Below are positions 7,350-15,433 of a DNA stretch of 16,451 bases, one piece after another. The notes below the pieces were generated by a model that ran no database searches, was not told the DNA's origin, and saw only the letters and a list, made by a program, of their open reading frames with translations. A program made the position numbers and the translations under genes. The stretch is taken from assembly GCA_046484135.1 (NCBI GenBank), contig JAWOBU010000280.1, positions 1 through 16,451 on the forward strand, given 5' to 3'. Positions within the stretch are counted from its first letter, which is position 1. Each line of letters begins with the position of its first letter. This stretch comes from a bacterium. GTDB taxonomy: Bacteria; RBG-13-61-14; DATKZS01.

Positions 7350-8717
7350 TTAAGAAAATATGCGAAAGAACGCGCTGCTTTTTACTCCCTCGAACCTTTT
7401 CGTATTTATGCTGGAAAGAACTTTTTCAGCTTCCTTTGTGACATAGGGCTCCGAGTAAACCACTTCCTTGATACCTAATTTTAATATCTTATTCGCGCAG
7501 AGATTGCAAGGAAACGCTGTCGTGTAAATCTTTTTTGCTTGGTTGGCGGAAATACCGGCTCTACATAAGTTTAAGATAGCGTTTTCCTCTGCATGAAGAG
7601 AACGGCACAGATCAAGCATTTTACCCGTTTCAGCCTTCCCTCCCGGCAAATATTCCTTAAAAATGTTGGTGTTACACTCAGGGCAAAGGTATTCTATTGA
7701 AGGATCATGGTCGCAGTGAGGACACCGCCGGGAGTACTTTGTAAGCTTTTCTCCACAATGCCGGCAAGTCTCTTCTATAGATATCTTGGCGCCACACACA
7801 GGGCAATGATATAGAGAGGCACCGTATTTTTCCATCAAAACATCTCGAGCGCACCATTTATAATCAGGATGATCAAGACATGAAACATCATCTGGCGGGT
7901 TATTATAGCCGATGCTTAAAACGAGCTCGTCGGCTGTAGTGATAACGGCTCCCACCTTTCTTTTTATGCATTTGGATTTTTTGCTTTCAGCATAAGCCAT
8001 TGTCATCAATGTTTCTTCCTCGGATGGGAAATGGCTGAAGTCTCTTCTGCCTTGGGCCGCTCCCTCAATGAAAGTAACAAACCTGTTGAATAATTTATGC
8101 TCTGTGTAAGTGCGATAAGTAGAATGATCCTTATCCGTCGCCACTTCATCATTGTTGATGATAATGTCGGACAAATAATTGCATTTCTTAACTTGTTGGC
8201 CGTGCTCTATCCTTTCATCTGCGTCTCTCTCATCAAGATGCTTAAAATGATCATGATCGTTGCATTTGTTTGATTCAAGGAGTCTTTTCTTTCGTTCTTC
8301 TTCCTCTGCTTGAACCGAGAAAAGAAAAAAGTTCGGAAACTGCCTTAGGGTGGCAACTTCTCCCGCATTTCTGATTCCATCAATGACCAGCTTGACCTTG
8401 CCAGAATCATCTTCGATTGAGTGTTCAGCATCAATAAGAGCTTTCCATACTAAGACATCGTTGCCTTCCGACAATCTTATTTCATTTCCCTTGTCCTGGA
8501 GCTCTTCAGGTGAAGAATTTTCAGGCAATTCGGCCTTAATGTGTTTTGACAGGGAAAGGTAATGGTAACCATGAAACTGTTTTAATGATTTCGCAAAATA
8601 TGTACAACCACTTCCAAGGGCCCCGGTAAAGCCGATTATAATAGTATCTGCTTTTATGTTTTCGAAACTTACCGGATGCAATGATTTTTGGTGTCCTTGT
8701 GGATTGTCCTCTTTCAT
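7350..8717 (-). CDS. AvcD/Dcd-like two-domain protein: P-loop nucleotide-kinase-like domain + Zn-dependent dCMP/dCTP deaminase, with inserted zinc ribbons; probable anti-phage protein
   Basis: IIIGFTGALGSGCT (P-loop lacking the Lys), LQDKGNEIR, VIDGIRNAGEV, HGQQV..C...SDIIINN; deaminase S.C.KRKVGAVI...GYN, LHAEENAI, TAFPCNLC, VVYSEPY, FEGV. ATG 8717 is preferred because the track's TTG start at 8753 is the -35 box. Confidence 0.85.
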   Translation of the reverse strand: MKEDNPQGHQKSLHPVSFENIKADTIIIGFTGALGSGCTYFAKSLKQFHGYHYLSLSKHIKAELPENSSPEELQDKGNEIRLSEGNDVLVWKALIDAEHSIEDDSGKVKLVIDGIRNAGEVATLRQFPNFFLFSVQAEEEERKKRLLESNKCNDHDHFKHLDERDADERIEHGQQVKKCNYLSDIIINNDEVATDKDHSTYRTYTEHKLFNRFVTFIEGAAQGRRDFSHFPSEEETLMTMAYAESKKSKCIKRKVGAVITTADELVLSIGYNNPPDDVSCLDHPDYKWCARDVLMEKYGASLYHCPVCGAKISIEETCRHCGEKLTKYSRRCPHCDHDPSIEYLCPECNTNIFKEYLPGGKAETGKMLDLCRSLHAEENAILNLCRAGISANQAKKIYTTAFPCNLCANKILKLGIKEVVYSEPYVTKEAEKVLSSINTKRFEGVKSSAFFRIFS

Positions 8718-8724
8718 AGTGTTT

Positions 8725-8753
8725 ATCCTATAGGGCAGGCATTGCCTTGTCAA
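8725..8753 (-). promoter_or_regulatory. sigma70-type promoter of the deaminase gene
   Basis: TTGACA (8753-8748)-N17-TAGGAT (8730-8725), 7 nt before ATG 8717. The spacer contains the palindrome AGGCAATGCCT. Confidence 0.6.
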
Positions 8754-8819
8754 ATAACTTCGGCCATGAAAGGCTGCAAGACATTCAGAATTTTTATTAA
8801 AAATTCCTTTGTTTAAAGA

Positions 8820-10127
8820 TTAACTTTCCGGCTCTTCTTCAATCTTTGACACCCGGCAGGTGCGGACCTTGAGCGCGTCCATGCGGATGACCTGGAACCT
8901 CCAGCCGTCCACCTCGAGCTCGTCGTCCGCCGCGGGGAAACGGCCCAGCTTCTCGGTCAAATAGCCCGAGACCGTGACCGCGTCCGTGTCCTCGAACTCG
9001 AGGCCCAGCCGCTGTTGCAACAGCGTCAAGGGCGCCCGGCCGGAGACCTCCCAGGCCCGGTCGGAGAGCTTCTTCAACATAGGCGTCTCCCGGTCGAACT
9101 CGTCCTGGATTTGTCCCACCAACTGCTCGATCACGTCCTCGAGGGTCACCAGACCGGCCACCGCGCCGGTGTCGTCCACCACCAGCGCCAGGTGAATATG
9201 AGCGTCCCGGAAGCGCTTGAGCAATCTCTCCAGCCGCTCCTCTTCAGAGACGATCAAGAGCTCGCGGGCCACTGTTCTCAGGTCCTCGCCCCTCCCCTCC
9301 CGCATCATCCAGAGCGCGTCGCGGATGTGGACCATCCCGGTCACCGAATCGAGGTCGCTCTCGCAAAGCGGGTAGCGCGCGTAATTGTTGCGGCGGGCCT
9401 TGTCCAGGTTGACCGAAAGCGGGTCCAAAAGCGAAAAATAAACGATCTCGTTGCGGGGGGTCATGATCTTTTTGGCCGGATAACTGGTGAAGACCAGGGC
9501 CCGTTCGCTGATCTTCTGCTCCTGCTCGCTGATCAGGCCGCCCCGCGCGGACTGGCTGAGGATCATCAAAAGCTCACTCTCGGAATGGGCCAGGTCGGAT
9601 TCATCTGCCAGCTCAATCCGCAACAACCGGAGCACACCCGTGGCGGCTGTGTTCAAAAGCCAGACAGCGGGAAAAAAAATCCAGTGAAAAATCCGGAGCG
9701 GGAGCGCCACCCACAGGGTCACCCCTTCGGTGCGTCGGATGGCGATGGACTTGGGGGCCAGTTCTCCGAACACGATAACCAAAAAAGTGATGATGGTGAA
9801 CCCCAGCCCGATCGAGAGGCTTTTCACCACCGCGGCGCTCTCAATGCCCAGCGCGTGAAGAACCGGCTTAAGTTGCGATGAGACCAGCGGCTCGCCCAGC
9901 CAGCCCAGGGCCAGGTTGATCATGGTGATGGCGAGTTGAATCGCGGAAATGTATGCGTCAAGGTTCCGGACCAGCGACTGCGCCACCCGGGCCCGGAAGT
10001 TGCCCGCGTCCGACAGCTCCTTCAACCGGGTCTCGCGGATCCTGACGATCGCAATTTCCGAGGACACGAAGACCCCGTTGAGCAGAATCAGAAAAAGAAA
10101 GCTTACTATTTTAAGCAGAAAAACCAT
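8820..10127 (-). CDS. Hemolysin-family CNNM(DUF21)-CBS-CorC/HlyC membrane protein (putative Mg2+/Co2+ efflux)
   Basis: LNGVFVSSEIA, QLAIT...LGWLGEP, VFGELAPKSIA, IMTPR, YARYPL, LALVVDDTG...GLVTLEDVIEQLVGQIQDEFD, TVSGY; GAAGGAGG about 15 nt upstream. Confidence 0.93.
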   Translation of the reverse strand: MVFLLKIVSFLFLILLNGVFVSSEIAIVRIRETRLKELSDAGNFRARVAQSLVRNLDAYISAIQLAITMINLALGWLGEPLVSSQLKPVLHALGIESAAVVKSLSIGLGFTIITFLVIVFGELAPKSIAIRRTEGVTLWVALPLRIFHWIFFPAVWLLNTAATGVLRLLRIELADESDLAHSESELLMILSQSARGGLISEQEQKISERALVFTSYPAKKIMTPRNEIVYFSLLDPLSVNLDKARRNNYARYPLCESDLDSVTGMVHIRDALWMMREGRGEDLRTVARELLIVSEEERLERLLKRFRDAHIHLALVVDDTGAVAGLVTLEDVIEQLVGQIQDEFDRETPMLKKLSDRAWEVSGRAPLTLLQQRLGLEFEDTDAVTVSGYLTEKLGRFPAADDELEVDGWRFQVIRMDALKVRTCRVSKIEEEPES

Positions 10128-10150
10128 GGTCAGCGGTCAGTCCCTCCTTC

Positions 10151-10393
10151 TCAGAGCCGGCAGATGACTTCCAGCACCGAGCGCCAGGGGCGGCGGGTCT
10201 CGAGCAAGCGGCCGACCCCGTGGACCTTCATGAAGCGCTCGGCCTCGGCCACCCGGGCCCGGAGGTTCCCGGATTTGGCCAGCTCAATAAGGCGGGTCTC
10301 CCTGATCTTGACGATGGCGAACTCGGAGGCCACAAAGAACCCGTTCAAAAAAACCAGGAAGAGGACCGCCAGGGCTTTCAGTAAGACAATCAT
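10151..10393 (-). pseudogene. Truncated CNNM/DUF21 paralog: first 49 aa homologous to the downstream gene, then an unrelated 31-aa tail
   Basis: MIVLLKALAVLFLVFLNGFFVASEFAIVKIRETRLIELAKSGNLRARVA aligns without gaps to the first 49 aa of 8820..10127 (32/49 identical by hand count), then diverges. Confidence 0.65.
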
Positions 10394-10630
10394 AAAAAAG
10401 GGTTGAAGGTGAGGCAATGCCTTCACCACGGAGAATATATAACGGAAGCTTTCCGGTTACAACCGGCATATCTCGGTAAGCGCCAATCGCCACGCGAGGC
10501 TTGACTCCGGGATGCTTTTGCCGAAGAAGAACTTTATGAAGATGAATTAAAACTAAAGCGCGGAAACGCTTCATGAAGAAGGGGCCTCCTTTGCCGCCCC
10601 GAGTGCGGCCAGCGGGTGAAAAAGAATTCC

Positions 10631-11032
10631 TTAGCGGCTCCGGCTCCGGTACTGGACCTTGATGAACTCCGTTCGGCAGTCGAGGCATTTGCCGTAGATG
10701 ATGTCGGGCTTGGGCTTTCCGCAGACGCTGCAGGCCTGCATCCGCGAGTTGCGGTCAGGGGAGAAGCCGCGGGCATGGAAATACCGCTTCTTCTGCCTGC
10801 TGCGGTTGTTTATGAACCGGCCGGGAAAATCGGCGATCGGGATAAACACCACCTTCTTGCAGCGGCGGCACTTGATCTCGAGGTACTCTTCCGAAAGCTT
10901 GCAAAGAAGGAACCCGCACTCGCATCTGACCTCGGTGGGAACTTCATGGTTGGCAAAAGCGCCGCAGTGGGGGCAGTGCATGGACTCGGGAAGCAGTTGC
11001 TTGCCGCATTCTTCACACACTATCTCATTCAT
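10631..11032 (-). CDS. Multi-zinc-finger protein (zinc ribbon + Mu Com-like finger + third Cys cluster)
   Basis: CEEC...CPHC; EVRCECGFLLCKLSEEYLEIKCRRCKKV; CSVC...CLDC; GGAGG SD; candidate promoter TTGAAA-N17-TATAAA about 100 nt upstream. Confidence 0.75.
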   Translation of the reverse strand: MNEIVCEECGKQLLPESMHCPHCGAFANHEVPTEVRCECGFLLCKLSEEYLEIKCRRCKKVVFIPIADFPGRFINNRSRQKKRYFHARGFSPDRNSRMQACSVCGKPKPDIIYGKCLDCRTEFIKVQYRSRSR

Positions 11033-11400
11033 CTTTTACCTCCACCGGTTTTACCTTCCGGCAATAGTTTCAGTCCCGGCAGAAAGGCTTGCAGGCTGAA
11101 GATGATAAGTGCCGTCCGTCCGGGGCAACAATATTTTTATATCCCGGATCAGCGTCATTTTCAAGTTCGGTTAATAAAAGAGAGTCGGAATAACAGCAAT
11201 GACAGTGCCCGGTGTAAAAATGCGACCCGGTTGTCACCCGCCGGATCGGGAAGAAAAAGAGGGGCAGCTTCCGTGTTGGCCGATCTTGACAATCAGGCCC
11301 CCTGTGTTAACAATCTTTTCAGGTGTAGGCGGTAATTAATAAAAGCGATGCGATTTAAAAAAAAGCCCGTCGGGACTGTCCGTAAAAATTGAAGAGAAAG

Positions 11401-12576
11401 ATGGAAGAGAAAACAACAGACCCGGAAAAGGAACTCCCCACTTTCGAGCAGGGGCCTATCCGGCCTCCGTCGGAGGCCCGCTCGCTCCTGCTCCGCGTTA
11501 CCCGTAACTGCCCCTGGAACCGGTGCCGGTTCTGCCCGGTTTATAAAGGCTCGAAGTTCTCGCTCCGGAGCGCGGAGGAAGTGAAATCTGACATCAGCGC
11601 CATGAAGTACTGGGAGGAGCGGGTTATTGAAGAGTCCTGGCGGCTGGGGTTCGGCGGCGAGCTGGACAACCGCTCTCTTGCCGCGGTGTACCAGCGGAAC
11701 GCGGGCAACCCGTTTATGAGCGCCATTCTGGTCTGGAAGTCGGGCGGCGGGAAGACCGCTTTTTTACAGGACGCGAACTCCGTCATCATGCGGCCCGGAA
11801 ACCTTGCCGAGGTCCTCGAGTTTTTGCGCCAGACCTTTCCCGGGCTCGAGCGGGTAACCACCTACGCGCGGTCCCAGACCCTGTCCAAGCGCACCGAGGA
11901 TGACTTGAAGCTCCTTCGAAGCTCGGGACTCGACCGGCTGCACGTGGGCATGGAAAGCGGCTCCGACCGGGTGCTCGAGCTGGTGGACAAGGGCTCCACC
12001 CATGACATGCACGTGGCGGGCGGGCAGAAGGCCCTGGCCGCGGACTTCCAGCTTTCCGAGTACATCATGCCCGGCCTGGGAGGACGGGCGCTCTCCGAGG
12101 AGCACGCCCTCGAGACCGCCCGGGCCTTGAACGCCATAAACCCCCATTTCATCCGCATCCGCTCCTTGGGGCTCCGCGACGGCATGCCGCTTTACGAGGA
12201 CGTGAAAGCAGGCACGTTCGAGCTTTTAAACGACGAAGAGATGGCCCGGGAGATCAGGCTTTTAATCGAGAACCTCTCCGGCATCAGCTCGAAGATTGTG
12301 AGCGACCATATCCTGAACCTTCTGCCCGAGGTGGAAGGAAAGCTCCCGGAGGACAAAGACAATATCCTTGCGGCCATAGACCGTTTCCTGGAGCTGGACC
12401 CCGAGAGACGGCTCCAGTACGTGGTGGGCCGTCGGTTCGGGCTCATGGAGGACATGTCCGACCTGGAAGACCGCGAGCGGGCCGAGGCCGCCCGCCGGGC
12501 CCTGGCGAAGGTCCGGGAGGCAGGGGGCGATGACGTGCACCAGACCATCCGGGAGATAGTCTCCCGGTTCATCTAA
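11401..12576 (+). CDS. Radical SAM protein of unknown function
   Basis: FEQGPIRPPSEA.SLLLRVTRNCPWNRCRFC (Cx4Cx2C variant), AFLQDANS, RLHVGMESGSD, SEYIMPGLGG, SDHILN. Start uncertain (TTG 11389 or ATG 11401). Confidence 0.9.
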   Translation: MEEKTTDPEKELPTFEQGPIRPPSEARSLLLRVTRNCPWNRCRFCPVYKGSKFSLRSAEEVKSDISAMKYWEERVIEESWRLGFGGELDNRSLAAVYQRNAGNPFMSAILVWKSGGGKTAFLQDANSVIMRPGNLAEVLEFLRQTFPGLERVTTYARSQTLSKRTEDDLKLLRSSGLDRLHVGMESGSDRVLELVDKGSTHDMHVAGGQKALAADFQLSEYIMPGLGGRALSEEHALETARALNAINPHFIRIRSLGLRDGMPLYEDVKAGTFELLNDEEMAREIRLLIENLSGISSKIVSDHILNLLPEVEGKLPEDKDNILAAIDRFLELDPERRLQYVVGRRFGLMEDMSDLEDRERAEAARRALAKVREAGGDDVHQTIREIVSRFI

Positions 12577-12684
12577 TCCCGCCTCAATCTTTTATGACCG
12601 CGTTTGCATAGCAGCTTAAATTAATATAAGCTATAGCAAAGCTATAGATAATTTATGCTTAATTTTAATTAACAAGGAGAAAGA

Positions 12685-13344
12685 ATGGAATCGGGTTCCA
12701 GAAAGAACCGAACACTCCTGAAAGTGTTGACCGCTGGCTTTGTCCTGTTTATGGCTCTTTTCACTCCGCAGCTTTCGTCCGCCCAGAAGAGCAAGGGCAC
12801 CATGGAGCTTGGTCTGGCCGCCCATTACAACGTGCCGCAACAGGACGTGTCCGAGCTTGAGCCGGCGGCGGGCTACAACATCGTCTTTCATTACTGGCTT
12901 ACCAGCACCACCACTGTAACCGGGACCCTGGACTACATGAGCTATGAGTGGCCCATGGAGGTGGACGGCGAAGAGGAGACGCTTGATTACACCGCCTGGG
13001 TGCTGAGCGCGGGTATAAGGTACCGTCCGGAGCTGGACCTGTGGGTCCGTCCTTACGGAGAGGCCGGCATCGGCTACCAGACGTGGTCCACGTATTCGGG
13101 GGTCTCCGGCATAGACTCGCGGCAGGGAGGATCAGTGGCTTATTACGCCGGGCTCGGCTTTGAGCGGGAGCTCTTTCACGCTTTTACCGTTGGCTTTAAC
13201 GCGCGCTACTTTTACATGCCCATGAACGAGAGGCTCGAGAGCGAAGCTCGGAGCACGGGCGGGGATTATAAAATTGACAAGACCCCGATCCGGGAGGTTG
13301 GATTCATGAACGCGGGGTTCGAGTTCACCTGGAAGTTCAGATAA
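12685..13344 (+). CDS. Outer-membrane beta-barrel protein
   Basis: Signal peptide (..SSA/Q); alternating amphipathic strands (SAGIRY, RPYGEAGIGY, YYAGLGFE, GFNARYFY); terminal AGFEFTWKFR; AAGGAG SD. Confidence 0.8.
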   Translation: MESGSRKNRTLLKVLTAGFVLFMALFTPQLSSAQKSKGTMELGLAAHYNVPQQDVSELEPAAGYNIVFHYWLTSTTTVTGTLDYMSYEWPMEVDGEEETLDYTAWVLSAGIRYRPELDLWVRPYGEAGIGYQTWSTYSGVSGIDSRQGGSVAYYAGLGFERELFHAFTVGFNARYFYMPMNERLESEARSTGGDYKIDKTPIREVGFMNAGFEFTWKFR

Positions 13345-13356
13345 GGAGGACACACG

Positions 13357-13863
13357 ATGAAGCGGCTAATGTTCGTTGCGCTTGCGCTTATATTCCTGGG
13401 TCCGGTCGCGGCCGCACAAGAGACCTCGCCGCCGGGCACCATGGCCAGCAGGAGCGGCTACTTCGGAGTGGGACTGAGCGGCGGATACATGATGGACCCC
13501 GACATGACCTCGGGCATGGTGAGCCTGGACTATTATGTTACCGACGAGATATCGGTGGGCCCGTACTTCTACGGCGGCGGCGGTGAGGACGACAGCTTCT
13601 GGGGTGTGGCGGGCCAGGTCAAGTTCTCCGCGCCGCTTGCGAGCACTCCCCAGGTTCGGCCTTTTGCTTTCGCGGGCATCGGGTTTGCCGAGCTCGACTT
13701 CGAGCACCGGAAGGACGATCCCGAAAGGACTTACCTCTTTCCGGTAGGAGGCGGCATGGAGTTCGAGATAAACGACGTTCTGACCCTGGAGGGCACCGGC
13801 GTCTACCACCTTACCGAGGACGTGTTCACCGGCATTATGGTGGGAGTAAGGATCATACTTTAG
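13357..13863 (+). CDS. Small outer-membrane beta-barrel protein
   Basis: Signal peptide (AAA/Q); strands SLDYYV, RPFAFAGIGFA, VGGGMEF, MVGVRI; TAAGGAGG SD overlapping the upstream stop. Confidence 0.8.
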   Translation: MKRLMFVALALIFLGPVAAAQETSPPGTMASRSGYFGVGLSGGYMMDPDMTSGMVSLDYYVTDEISVGPYFYGGGGEDDSFWGVAGQVKFSAPLASTPQVRPFAFAGIGFAELDFEHRKDDPERTYLFPVGGGMEFEINDVLTLEGTGVYHLTEDVFTGIMVGVRIIL

Positions 13864-13880
13864 AAAAGTCCGAGCGGCTT

Positions 13881-14750
13881 TCAGCCGCGATTATAAGCGC
13901 TCGCCGGGTGATCTTCCCCGCGGAAGTTATCTTCCTCGTAGACCCGCACGAACTCTTCTACCTTGTTGTCTATAATCTCTATGGCTTCTTCGAGCTCCTG
14001 CCGGGTCTCGACCACCGAGCCCAGCGAAAGCAGAATCCCGTTCCAGGACCGATCGGAAAACCCCAGGCCGTGGTAGTCAATGGTATAGACCATGTAATCC
14101 CTTCCTTGGAAGTAGTACTTGCCGAACCTGCCCGGGTCGCGCGCCAGGTGCCAGTCCTCCTTCCACGAAAGGTACTCGCCGAAGATGCGGCAAAGCTCGG
14201 GTGATTTTTCCACGTTCGCCGGCGCCACCGGCTTGCAGGTCTTTCGCTCCGAAAGCTCGAAGAAGTCGCGGACAAGATCAATGTCAGTGATGGACAGCCC
14301 GTAAATGTACCAGTCCGCGGCCGACGCCATGACCGCCCGGGCCTCGCCCTCGTTCAGGTAAGTGTATGCCTGGCACTTGGCCTCGTTGCAGGTCTTCCGC
14401 CCGTACCGGCAGTACTCCCTTAAGTCGTGGCCGCGATAGAGCGGATGCAGAAGACAACCCACCCGCGTGCGCTCCGGGTTCAGGAACCCGGCAAAAGGAC
14501 AGTTATATATGACCTCGAAGCGCTGAGGCGGACGCTTCGATTCGGCCTCCTCACGGATGCGCTCCATGTCATGGTCGGTGCCGTCCCACCCCTCGACAAG
14601 CTCCGTCTGCATGGAAAGCACATCACTCACCATCTGCCGGTTATGGCCCGTATAGTTGTAGATCCCGCAACAGGAAGCGCAAGACGGGACCTTGCCGCAA
14701 ACCGGCGCAGGCTGACAAAGATAAAAGTCCTCTTCAATCATCACCATCAT
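13881..14750 (-). CDS. Cysteine-rich hypothetical protein, possibly YkgJ/CxxCxxCC-like metal or Fe-S binding
   Basis: Long ORF with coding-like codon usage; SCASCCGIYN...CPFAGFL...GCLLHP...YCR. Exact start among three nearby ATGs is uncertain. Confidence 0.7.
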   Translation of the reverse strand: MMVMIEEDFYLCQPAPVCGKVPSCASCCGIYNYTGHNRQMVSDVLSMQTELVEGWDGTDHDMERIREEAESKRPPQRFEVIYNCPFAGFLNPERTRVGCLLHPLYRGHDLREYCRYGRKTCNEAKCQAYTYLNEGEARAVMASAADWYIYGLSITDIDLVRDFFELSERKTCKPVAPANVEKSPELCRIFGEYLSWKEDWHLARDPGRFGKYYFQGRDYMVYTIDYHGLGFSDRSWNGILLSLGSVVETRQELEEAIEIIDNKVEEFVRVYEEDNFRGEDHPASAYNRG

Positions 14751-14890
14751 ATCTTAAGGAAAAACACCGGGCTTTGCCAGAAGCTGACCAATGCAAAGGT
14801 TTGATCTTTTCCTCCGGTTCCTGCTATATTCGTAAAATAGGTCGCTCGTACGGCAAGGGCATCCTTTAAAACCTGCCTGGAGGGAAAACC

Positions 14891-15433
14891 ATGGGAGAGA
14901 AGAGAAAACTTGAGGACCTGGCGCAACTTTCCACAGACGAGCTGGAAGAGATTTTTCAAAAGGGGGAGACGCCGGACCCGGAGAAGCTCGCGGGCTGGGA
15001 GTTCCGGGGATACAACGTTCCGGCTTTCGCGAAGCTTTTAGGGATCAAGAAGTTCACCAAGGGCTTTTACAAAGAGGGCGGCGAGTACCGGGGCTATAAT
15101 GTGCCTATTTACCAGAACTCGCTGGAGGAGCCGTGGCGCACCAAGCCGGTGGACCACAACCCCAAGCGGTTCGGGTTTTACTCTGTCAAAGAGGTTGACC
15201 CGCAAGACAAGGAGAACAAGGAGCCGGGCGCCTTGATCCTGAATTATGCGGACGGAAACAACCGTCCGTGGGAGGGCAGTTTCCTTCGCGACTACATAAA
15301 GAAGGTGGACCCTGACAACGACGACCTGTATCTCGGCAAGGCCTACGTGGCCGCGGGCCCGGCCCGTATCGCGCCGTCCTTCTTTATCATCGAGCGGTAC
15401 CGGCAGGCCCCCACCGAGGTCAAGGAGAAGTAA
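14891..15433 (+). CDS. Hypothetical protein
   Basis: 180-aa ORF with GGAGG SD and typical codon bias; candidate promoter TTGATC-N18-TATATT at 14801-14830. No motif recognised. Confidence 0.75.
   Translation: MGEKRKLEDLAQLSTDELEEIFQKGETPDPEKLAGWEFRGYNVPAFAKLLGIKKFTKGFYKEGGEYRGYNVPIYQNSLEEPWRTKPVDHNPKRFGFYSVKEVDPQDKENKEPGALILNYADGNNRPWEGSFLRDYIKKVDPDNDDLYLGKAYVAAGPARIAPSFFIIERYRQAPTEVKEK

Noticed and set aside
7223..7478. Plus-strand short ORFs 7223..7441 and 7275..7478 as antitoxins
   Set aside because: They lack an SD and overlap the deaminase 3' end antisense; the minus-strand 53-aa ORF is better supported.
10128..10153. UGA readthrough joining the short CNNM ORF to the full gene
   Set aside because: The 23-nt gap puts them out of frame, and the downstream gene has its own SD.
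10394..10630. Metal-sensing riboswitch (M-box, yybP-ykoY) or a leader ORF upstream of the CNNM genes
   Set aside because: I could not identify the consensus elements by eye. The AGGAGG-preceded ORF MKRFRALV... has non-coding-like composition. An Rfam scan would settle it.
10616..11335. 239-aa plus-strand ORF
   Set aside because: It is antisense to the zinc-finger gene, which has an SD and coherent Cys motifs; the rest runs through AT-rich intergenic sequence.
11389..12576. Radical SAM protein as the anaerobic sulfatase maturase for 1791..3122
   Set aside because: It has no C-terminal SPASM cysteine cluster, its motifs belong to a different family, and it lies 8 kb away.
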